Both the position numbers and the translations under genes were made by a program. The notes below the pieces were generated by a model. It searched no databases, was not told the origin of the DNA, and saw only the letters and a program-made list of their open reading frames with translations. Shown here one piece after another: positions 1-6,244 of a stretch of DNA of 49,357 nt. Numbering within the stretch: the first letter of the stretch is position 1; every line of letters begins with the position of its first letter. The stretch comes from a virus: the IMG/VR virus record IMGVR_UViG_3300012582_000001, positions 1 to 49,357 of that record, one strand, 5' to 3'.

Positions 1-123
1 GGGATCAAAATAAAGAATGCTTATTTTGGTGTTTTTTTCCTAAGTCACACAATGAAAAGCTAAAGTCATGGATTGAATAATAAGCCATCAAACAAGTACA
101 TGGGCGGCTGCAATGGCAATAAA
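1..123. repeat. Terminal direct repeat, left copy (identical to 49235..49357)
   Basis: Compared base by base: the first 123 nt (gggatcaaaataaag...ggcaataaa) equal the last 123 nt of the window. Unit length is 49234 bp. Confidence 0.95.
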
Positions 124-266
124 TGCAGTTTTACTCGTTAGATATTAATTGTGTATTGTGAGGGGTATTTAGCGGGATAAAATGCGTTCGGGGCCAATAG
201 AATAAAGGCTCCATCCATTATTGTATAATTTGCATTATGTAAAATAGAATCGGCTTCACTAGGGGG

Positions 267-632
267 TTATTTATCTTCTTCAGCCTCTTGCACTATAGTG
301 TCGTGGTGTGTGACGTCCTGCATAGAACTAACGCCATTGATAACAATATTAACAGGCATTAAAGGAGCATTATTTTTACCGCCTTGATCCTTACCAGCAG
401 CCAGTTTTAAGGCACTTTCTATAGCTTTTAACCGCACTTCGGGGTCCATAGAATTCAAAGCAATTTTATGCTGTTCATCAAGCAATTCTTGCCACTTTGA
501 TTTGCCTGAATCGCCTTCAATATTTAAAAACTCTCTCATGATCTCACTTACTTTCTCGTCCTTTTCCCATCTTTTGAGATTTTCAGACGCAATAAGCTTA
601 ACACTATTTACCCTATCAATAAAACTACTCAT
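267..632 (-). CDS. Hypothetical protein (last gene of the leftward block 1830->267)
   Basis: 121-aa ORF overlapping the upstream gene by 8 nt. Acidic C-terminus. No motif recognised. Confidence 0.5.
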   Translation of the reverse strand: MSSFIDRVNSVKLIASENLKRWEKDEKVSEIMREFLNIEGDSGKSKWQELLDEQHKIALNSMDPEVRLKAIESALKLAAGKDQGGKNNAPLMPVNIVINGVSSMQDVTHHDTIVQEAEEDK

Positions 633-888
633 CTAATTTTTTTATCTTTTCCATTATTTCAAATATTTCTTCATGCAATTGATTAGCCAAAGCTTCCTTA
701 GCACCAAAATACCTAAACGCTAATACACTCCCTTTCTTTCTACAGTTCTTGTATTGCGAGTCAGAAAGGCTAAGCAATATAGCCATCGAGATATTAGTTA
801 AGCCAAACATCTTTTGCAACCGCTCTACTTTTTCCCACAAAATTACGTCTTGTCTTCTTTTCTTTATACTAAAGTTACCCATACCCAT
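625..888 (-). CDS. Hypothetical protein, possible DNA-binding
   Basis: 87-aa ORF in a same-strand array. The central segment FGLTNISMAILLSLSDSQ is HTH-like but weak. Confidence 0.45.
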   Translation of the reverse strand: MGMGNFSIKKRRQDVILWEKVERLQKMFGLTNISMAILLSLSDSQYKNCRKKGSVLAFRYFGAKEALANQLHEEIFEIMEKIKKLDE

Positions 889-965
889 AATGTTATATTA
901 TTAGTCAGCCTCTCTTGTAAAAGGCCTCAGTGGCTAATGCCAATTGTAATTAAAGCAAGCAATTA

Positions 966-1280
966 TTATTTTCTTCTTTTGTTGCGAGGAAAAATTGGCC
1001 ATCCATAATCAATCACCCCCTCTACCTCTCTATTTTCTATCATTTTACGTAAAGCAGGTATTGATGATGATGGATTTTGAAAGGTCATCTTTATCTCTGT
1101 ACTATTACAATCATGAATTACTTCATAATCAGAATGTGAGCAATAAAGAGCATTTGGAAGAATCAAGTCATTGTAAAGTTTTTCGATGAATTCTTTGCGT
1201 TTTTTTAAATCTTTTTTGTTTGGCTTAATTGCAGTTTTATTTGGGTCTCGCTTTAAATCCTTTATCATACCAATAATCAA
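966..1280 (-). CDS. Hypothetical basic protein
   Basis: 104-aa ORF in a same-strand array. Lys-rich N- and C-termini. Confidence 0.45.
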   Translation of the reverse strand: MIIGMIKDLKRDPNKTAIKPNKKDLKKRKEFIEKLYNDLILPNALYCSHSDYEVIHDCNSTEIKMTFQNPSSSIPALRKMIENREVEGVIDYGWPIFPRNKRRK

Positions 1281-1321
1281 ATTATAATGATTTTACTTTT
1301 TTAAACATACTTTAACCTTAA

Positions 1322-1567
1322 TTAACCTCCACGCCCCTTATTTCTAACAATCTCAGCTTGAGTGAACAAATCACGAGATCCCAATATTTGACAAATCCTT
1401 TCAAAGACTCTCATACCCTCTTCTTTATTTTCAAAGCGCCATTCAAATACCGACTGCTGATTAGAAAAATAATAAAAATAGATAATGCAGCTATGCTTTT
1501 CATCTAAAATAGGTGGACAAACTAACTTATTAAGATCAACCAAGTAATTTTTATATCTAAAAATCAT
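1322..1567 (-). CDS. Hypothetical protein
   Basis: 81-aa ORF with a 4-nt overlap with the upstream ORF. Confidence 0.45.
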   Translation of the reverse strand: MIFRYKNYLVDLNKLVCPPILDEKHSCIIYFYYFSNQQSVFEWRFENKEEGMRVFERICQILGSRDLFTQAEIVRNKGRGG

Positions 1568-1830
1568 ACAATCAAATTAGATATACTCGCCAGCTTTTGC
1601 TTAAGCTCTGCATTTTCTTTTATTAGTCTTTCAATCTCAATATCTAATTTTAATACTTCGGCTGCCAAAAAAGGCACTTTACTAGTGCTTTTCCATCCTG
1701 ACAAAGTTTTTGGGCTAATCTTTATTCTCTCAGCAAAATCTTTCTCAAGCTTAACTTTTTCATCTAAAAGTCTGAAAAAATGATCTTTTGCCGCTTCATC
1801 TACATATTTCTTAATATATTTCTTTGTCAT
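1564..1830 (-). CDS. Putative HTH transcriptional regulator (Cro/CI-like), first gene of the leftward unit
   Basis: The segment FAERIKISPKTLSGWKS resembles an XRE-type helix-turn-helix. The gene faces the divergent control region 1831..2176. C-terminal coiled coil. Confidence 0.45.
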   Translation of the reverse strand: MTKKYIKKYVDEAAKDHFFRLLDEKVKLEKDFAERIKISPKTLSGWKSTSKVPFLAAEVLKLDIEIERLIKENAELKQKLASISNLIV

Positions 1831-1896
1831 TATAAGTTAAATAATGTAATTTGTGTTATAAGATTATCCCGATAAAACACTTTTTTAGAGCATAAA

Positions 1897-1925
1897 ATGG
1901 TAAGATTTTTTAACTAAAAAGTCAA
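1897..1925 (-). promoter_or_regulatory. Candidate leftward sigma70-type promoter (TTGACT-17-TACCAT)
   Basis: Read on the minus strand: TTGACT at 1925..1920 and TACCAT at 1902..1897. It shares the TTGACTTTnTAG word with the promoters at 8708 and 10022. Confidence 0.3.
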
Positions 1926-1952
1926 TATGTATTATTTTAAAGCAAATGTTAA

Positions 1953-2085
1953 ATATTCTTACTTTTTCCTTGACAGACTTTGAAGTATTGATTTAAGTGG
2001 TTCGGTAAGATTATTTTACTTCTATATTATATATTTTTACTTAATCATAAAGAAAAGTAATATATTCTTACTTTTCCTATTGACA
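1953..2085 (+). repeat. Duplicated 23-24 bp element atattcttacttttt-cct-tgaca (1953..1975 and 2062..2085) in the divergent control region
   Basis: Two near-identical copies, each ending in TTGACA. ggtaagatt is also repeated at 1899 and 2004. Confidence 0.6.
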
Positions 2086-2108
2086 TCCTATTTTTAATCA
2101 ATAATAAT
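2080..2108 (+). promoter_or_regulatory. Candidate rightward early promoter (TTGACA-17-AATAAT)
   Basis: TTGACA at 2080..2085 and AATAAT at 2103..2108, about 70 nt upstream of the first plus-strand gene. Confidence 0.3.
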
Positions 2109-2176
2109 ATCCTCTACTACCCTCATCATCAAACAAAGATGAGAAAAATATTAATAACAAAAACATAGGAAAATTT

Positions 2177-2623
2177 ATGTCAAATGAAACTTTTAAAAAA
2201 GAATTTAGCTTTGTTGATGCCAATAATAACAAGTTTAATATTGAAGCAGAAATCACAGACAGAAATGGCTATTTAGAATTTACCGATGAAGCAATTCTAA
2301 TCGCTGCCGCTGTTAAGTTATTTGATCTAAAGCTTGATGATTTAAATGATATTGAAGTTGATGGTAATAGAATCACAGTTCAAGGCATAGAGTACCTTGC
2401 TGGCGATGATAACGATATGAAAAAGGCACACCGGGATGATGCTGATAGCTATGTAGATGAAGAAGAACATCTAATACCTGAACATCTACGTCCTTATTTT
2501 GACAGAGAGTCTTTTATTAATGATTTAGTTCATGAAGATCGGGCCAATGCTTTAAATAGATATAACGGCAGAGAAGAAACCACTAAAATTAACGGCACAA
2601 CAATTTACTTTTATCAACAATAA
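2177..2623 (+). CDS. Acidic early protein, ArdA-like antirestriction candidate
   Basis: First gene of the early operon, preceded by an AGGA Shine-Dalgarno. The C-terminal pattern DDNDM..A....SYVDEE..IPEHLRPYFDRESFINDL...NGTTIYFY resembles, from memory, the ArdA C-terminal region (DDMYDVARYYIEE..VPASLQNYIDYQAYGRDL...GIFEI). Confidence 0.35.
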   Translation: MSNETFKKEFSFVDANNNKFNIEAEITDRNGYLEFTDEAILIAAAVKLFDLKLDDLNDIEVDGNRITVQGIEYLAGDDNDMKKAHRDDADSYVDEEEHLIPEHLRPYFDRESFINDLVHEDRANALNRYNGREETTKINGTTIYFYQQ

Positions 2624-2635
2624 TAAGAGGCAAAT

Positions 2636-2881
2636 ATGAAAACTTTATCAGAAAAAATGAATTTAAAATTTGGCGTGGTCGAAAATGCTCATGTAATGAA
2701 AAATGTGAATTTAGGTTTGGCTGCTTATGATACATTATGTCTTATTTGTGCAGAACAAAATATTGATTTATCTAACATACCAGACAGTGATTTTGATTCT
2801 GCAAGTATAATCTTAGAAGATTTTTGCAATTCGGCAAATGAAGAAACTGGATTTACGGTTTCAGTCTGGTTCAATGATTAA
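2636..2881 (+). CDS. Small acidic hypothetical protein
   Basis: 81-aa ORF with an AGAGG Shine-Dalgarno, in the early operon. Confidence 0.6.
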   Translation: MKTLSEKMNLKFGVVENAHVMKNVNLGLAAYDTLCLICAEQNIDLSNIPDSDFDSASIILEDFCNSANEETGFTVSVWFND

Positions 2882-2902
2882 CAACAAAAACAGGGAGAGA
2901 AT

Positions 2903-3232
2903 ATGAAAAATAAAATCCAAAAAATTCTACAAAATAAATTAGGAAAAGAAAATGTTAAATACCTAGAGATTAGATATTGGAGTGAGTGCCAAGGAAGAAG
3001 TGACACTGGATATTCTTTTAACGAATTAGAAAAAGGGTTAGATGGCAATTTATATCATGGTAATACCCCAGTTTATAAAAACTATGTTTTCGAATTAAAT
3101 TTAGAAGCCGCAGGATTTGAAGAGCCCGGTTATTTTAATGCTAAAGCTGGTATAGTAGAAATGGGTTTTACGGAAGAGGGTGCAGTTGAATCTTTTGTTG
3201 CTGATTTAGAATTACTTGAAATAAACGATTAA
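2903..3232 (+). CDS. Small acidic hypothetical protein
   Basis: 109-aa ORF with a GGGAG Shine-Dalgarno, in the early operon. Confidence 0.6.
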   Translation: MKNKIQKILQNKLGKENVKYLEIRYWSECQGRSDTGYSFNELEKGLDGNLYHGNTPVYKNYVFELNLEAAGFEEPGYFNAKAGIVEMGFTEEGAVESFVADLELLEIND

Positions 3233-3313
3233 ATTATTCATAAAAACCCCGAATTATTAACCAACAAATAATAAAAAATATGCTAAAATAATAATATCAT
3301 TAAATTTTACTCT

Positions 3314-3380
3314 AGATCCGAAAGGGTCTTTTGGTAGAGGTGGGATAAACAGTTCTCGAGGCTGCCCACCTCTACCGCCA
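3314..3380 (+). ncRNA. Candidate structured RNA: GNRA-capped hairpin plus a 12-bp hairpin followed by GCCA
   Basis: 3314..3329 (agatccGAAAgggtct) is a 6-bp stem with a GAAA loop. 3333..3344 (ggtagaggtggg) pairs perfectly with 3365..3376 (cccacctctacc) and is followed by gcca at 3377..3380. The region is locally GC-rich in an AT-rich genome and contains no ORF. Confidence 0.25.
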
Positions 3381-3464
3381 GTATTTCACAGGCACGGCAG
3401 CTCAACGTTTTTAGCCTTTTTGCTGCGCGCTTTTTTGTTTTAACGTTTTTTTAAAAATAAATCA

Positions 3465-3707
3465 ATGACAAAAAAATTTGAATTGAAAATAACTACTAAA
3501 AATCATTTAGGCAAAACAGAGGTAACATGGTGGCCATTTGAAAATAAAGAGAAAGCTTATGAAGTAAAAGATGTTCTGGATTATATCACTAGCAATAAAA
3601 CCCTGGATATAATTCTGCCAATTGAAGTTACAGAAAGAGTTTTATTAATTGAAAGTGAGGAGGAAATATGTTCGATGAAGACGGACTGCCAAGTGCAGAT
3701 AGCTTAA
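3465..3707 (+). CDS. Hypothetical protein
   Basis: 80-aa ORF. Confidence 0.5.
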   Translation: MTKKFELKITTKNHLGKTEVTWWPFENKEKAYEVKDVLDYITSNKTLDIILPIEVTERVLLIESEEEICSMKTDCQVQIA

Positions 3708-3718
3708 TTTACGGGGAA

Positions 3719-3740
3719 TAAGGAAGCACTAACTTCCTTA
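3719..3740. terminator. Hairpin (8-bp stem taaggaag/cttcctta, 6-nt loop) just after the 3465..3707 stop
   Basis: Perfect inverted repeat read directly. There is no clear U-tract, so terminator function is uncertain. Confidence 0.3.
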
Positions 3741-3743
3741 CCC

Positions 3744-3769
3744 ATATAATCATTCGTAACAAATCACTT
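3744..3769. repeat. Left arm of a perfect 26-bp inverted repeat (partner 4011..4036)
   Basis: atataatcattcgtaacaaatcactt is the exact reverse complement of 4011..4036. Confidence 0.9.
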
Positions 3770-3789
3770 GTAACAAAAAATAAAATTAT

Positions 3790-4038
3790 ATGAAAAATTA
3801 TGTAAATCAAGATCAATATATTCCGGAGTTAATATTATTCGAGGAAGAAATTGGGGACTTTCATTTTGAATCTGATGAGGATCAGGAAAATAGCAAAAAT
3901 CACGGTGATAATCAAAATAAGCCTTTTAAATGGAAGCCTATTGATTATCTGGTGGCTAGCTTAATCATCACCATCTTGCTCATACACGTATATAGAGCTT
4001 TTGTGGTTATAAGTGATTTGTTACGAATGATTATATAG
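3790..4038 (+). CDS. Small membrane protein (acidic N-terminus, C-terminal TM helix), bracketed by the 26-bp inverted repeat
   Basis: 82-aa ORF. Hydrophobic segment YLVASLIITILLIHVY. The last 9 codons lie inside the right repeat arm. Confidence 0.5.
   Translation: MKNYVNQDQYIPELILFEEEIGDFHFESDEDQENSKNHGDNQNKPFKWKPIDYLVASLIITILLIHVYRAFVVISDLLRMII
4011..4036. repeat. Right arm of the perfect 26-bp inverted repeat, flanked by a 17-bp direct repeat (3989..4005 and 4032..4048)
   Basis: aagtgatttgttacgaatgattatat. tatatagagcttttgtg occurs on both sides of it. Confidence 0.9.
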
Positions 4039-4084
4039 AGCTTTTGTGTATTGAAATGAACGCCAATTTTTTCTCAAAAATAAT

Positions 4085-4213
4085 ATGATAAACGATAAAA
4101 ATAATAAAAAAAAGCTAGGTAATTTTACCTGGAAAGATTGGAAATTTGTCATTTGGGCGGCGATAATCATGGCTCTTTTGTTCACAATGCTCAGTTACTT
4201 GTCGCATTTTTGA
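4085..4213 (+). CDS. Possible 42-aa single-TM peptide
   Basis: ATG..TGA ORF translated by hand (MINDKNNKKKLGNFTWKDWKFVIWAAIIMALLFTMLSYLSHF). Below the size cutoff of the ORF track. Confidence 0.3.
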   Translation: MINDKNNKKKLGNFTWKDWKFVIWAAIIMALLFTMLSYLSHF

Positions 4214-4310
4214 ACAATTTAGCCTAGCGGTCGAAAATATCGCATTTTTCTCAGGAAATGAAATAAAAATTTTGGTAAGTTTTGAATTTTTGGAAAATTA
4301 AAAGGATTTA

Positions 4311-4985
4311 ATGTCTAACACGAAAGAAAGATTTGCGAAATTCTATGTTAATATTTGGTTTGATTCGAAAGTTACAAAATTAGATCTTTTTGAGGAGAGA
4401 TTTTTCAAATATAGCTTCACGAACATGAACTCAATTAGACACATTACGGGCATTTACGAGATAAATCGCGAAACGTTGGGGCCTATATCGGGATTCATAG
4501 AAGAGAGGATTAAGATGCTTTCAAAATATGGGTTGAAAATTGCCAATAATGCTAAAAGTAAAAATTTTGCCGGTGATATAATCAATACCATCATTGATAG
4601 CTTTAATTCAAAACATAAGCATCTTTTAGAGTATTATGTACCTGAGCATATTATGTACGTTAAAAACTATTTCAAATTTCAATCCAGGACCATTGGCAAT
4701 GCCTCAGTTGCAATCAGAATGATTCTTAACGAATTCAGAGAGACTGGTAAAAAGGTTGAAATGTTTTGGAAAGAATTTGGAGATCGCAATACTTTGGAAT
4801 TGGCTGATCTCTTAAAAAAACTTATAATTATGCTAAGTAATGCTGAACTTTCATTAGCAACAGAGAAAGCAAAAGACAAAGAAAAGCAGGACTCAAAATA
4901 TATAAATAAGCTTCAAGAACTTATAAAAGAATACATTGAATTGATTCCTAAGTTTGAAGATTTCTTAAAAAAAGTTAAGACTTAA
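4311..4985 (+). CDS. Hypothetical protein (first gene of the plasmid-like block)
   Basis: 224-aa ORF with no secure motif. The 11-bp phased array begins at its stop codon (4983..4985). Confidence 0.6.
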   Translation: MSNTKERFAKFYVNIWFDSKVTKLDLFEERFFKYSFTNMNSIRHITGIYEINRETLGPISGFIEERIKMLSKYGLKIANNAKSKNFAGDIINTIIDSFNSKHKHLLEYYVPEHIMYVKNYFKFQSRTIGNASVAIRMILNEFRETGKKVEMFWKEFGDRNTLELADLLKKLIIMLSNAELSLATEKAKDKEKQDSKYINKLQELIKEYIELIPKFEDFLKKVKT

Positions 4986-5044
4986 CTAAGTCTTAACTAA
5001 CTCTTAGCTAACACTTAACCAACTCTTAGCTAAGAGTTAGCTAA
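4982..5044. repeat. Six 8-bp palindrome-like boxes (TTAGCTAA / TTAACTAA / TTAACCAA) at an exact 11-bp period
   Basis: Boxes start at 4982, 4993, 5004, 5015, 5026 and 5037. 5021..5038 is a perfect 18-bp palindrome (aactcttagctaagagtt). A seventh TTAGCTAA lies at 5141..5148. Confidence 0.85.
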
Positions 5045-5050
5045 CACTTA

Positions 5051-5073
5051 TGTAGATGTAGATGTAGCTGTAG
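5051..5073. repeat. Tandem hexamer TGTAG(A/C), about 4 copies
   Basis: tgtagatgtagatgtagctgtag, read directly. It abuts the phased array. Confidence 0.8.
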
Positions 5074-5225
5074 TATTTTCTCTAATTAAAAGAAGATATT
5101 TAAGTATGAAGAAGGGTCTGGAGCTACGAATTTATTTGATTTAGCTAACAATTTTATTCACAAAGTTATTCACAATTTTGTTTTTTAGCGACCTTTTTAA
5201 TTTTTTAAAACTTAATATTACAAAT

Positions 5226-5747
5226 ATGAAAAACAAAAAACTTTTAATTGAATCTCAAAAATTTCTTAACGAAATTGGTAGCAAGCTAGAGGCTTATGAT
5301 GATGCAAGTGTGCATTTTATTTTAGGAATCAATCTTCCAAAATTAATTAGTTTGTTTTTAATGAATGAGCCTGCGGATTTAAGAGCTGATTTTATTGATT
5401 TAATGATAAAAGAATCTTACCGATTACTTGATGAATACAAAGAAGAGCATTTTTTTAAAAATAAAGCACCTGAAGGAGATGCTAAAGAAAATTGGGATGT
5501 TCAAAAATTAAAAGCAGCTGCCTTCCGTTCTCGCTTTTCACCAGAAGACTATGTCGAATTATTCGGCTATTATTTTAGTATTTTCCCAGCAATTTTAAGA
5601 GATAAACCTGATTCTTTTTCAACAAAAGATTTGGTTGTGGCTCATGACATAATCGAAAATCCTTTAATCGCCAAAGAAAATGTCAAAGATGAAATGAAAA
5701 AACTAATTGATAGAAAGTTAGAAGAGTTTTTGGATAAGAAAAAATAG
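5226..5747 (+). CDS. Hypothetical protein
   Basis: The track ORF 5178..5747 begins at TTG. The first ATG (MKNKKLL...) is at 5226. Confidence 0.55.
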   Translation: MKNKKLLIESQKFLNEIGSKLEAYDDASVHFILGINLPKLISLFLMNEPADLRADFIDLMIKESYRLLDEYKEEHFFKNKAPEGDAKENWDVQKLKAAAFRSRFSPEDYVELFGYYFSIFPAILRDKPDSFSTKDLVVAHDIIENPLIAKENVKDEMKKLIDRKLEEFLDKKK

Positions 5748-5881
5748 GCAATAAAACGCAATATCTTATCACTAGGTAACATCTTTTAGTTTTTTAGTGT
5801 CATGATGGCTTAAAGATGAAATTGATGGAAATTTGGCATAATTAGGATTAGGTTCCAAATTTGTTATAGTAATAAACTATT

Positions 5882-6019
5882 CCTTTTTCCTCGTTGGTGC
5901 CTTTTTCCTCGTTGTTATTAAAACTTATGCCTTTTTCCTCGTTGATATATGCCTTTTTCCTCGTCAATAAGACCAAATCGATGCCTAAATCCTCGTTGAT
6001 GTATGCCTTTTTCCTCGTT
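5882..6019 (+). repeat. Iteron array, direct copies of (g)cctttttcctcgtt (oriV candidate)
   Basis: Copies at 5882, 5899, 5929, 5951 and 6005, plus a degenerate gcctaaatcctcgtt at 5983. Spacings from the copy at 5899 alternate 30, 22, 32 and 22 bp (the first copy lies about 17 bp upstream of it). The array lies immediately upstream of the Rep_3 gene. Confidence 0.8.
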
Positions 6020-6064
6020 TTTGATACGATTGGAACTAGTAATATCAAGGCTTTGAGCAGATAG

Positions 6065-6101
6065 AAAGACTTAAAAGACTTCTTAAAGACTTAAAAGACT
6101 T
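6065..6101 (+). repeat. Second repeat class, aaagactt x4 (agacttaaaagactt x2), between the iteron sets
   Basis: Copies start at 6065, 6074, 6085 and 6094. Confidence 0.7.
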
Positions 6102-6109
6102 TATGTAAC

Positions 6110-6179
6110 AACGAGGAAAAAGGAATGGGGTTTATCGACGAGGAAAAAGGAATGAAATAAAATAAAACAATAGACGAGG
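6110..6179 (-). repeat. Iterons in inverted orientation (acgaggaaaaagga)
   Basis: 6110..6124 and 6138..6151 are reverse complements of the direct iteron. A partial acgagg lies at 6174..6179, followed by an AT-rich tract up to the rep start. Confidence 0.75.
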
Positions 6180-6244
6180 TTTTTTATAAAACATGTTGAT
6201 TAATAATCTTCGTCAATTCTAATAACATATATCAAAAACTAATA

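Noticed and set aside
1-123. Treating the 123-bp end repeat as a mobile-element terminal repeat or LTR
   Set aside because: It is a direct duplication exactly at the two window ends, with a coherent gene order across the junction. It is best explained by circular closure or terminal redundancy of the phage genome.
814-1189. Plus-strand ORFs 814..1008 and 995..1189
   Set aside because: They are antisense to the tightly packed minus-strand gene array and have no Shine-Dalgarno or motifs.
3333-3380. Possible tRNA or tmRNA gene at the 12-bp hairpin + GCCA (also hairpins at 22224..22276)
   Set aside because: I could not build a cloverleaf. There is no D-arm or T-loop (GTTCRANYC-like) and the loop is 20 nt. 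I kept it only as a structured-RNA or att-relic hypothesis.
5848-6048. 66-aa minus-strand ORF with repeated RKKAYINEE peptides
   Set aside because: It is the iteron array read as protein. Its periodicity mirrors the DNA repeats and it has no start context, so I treat it as origin DNA rather than a gene.
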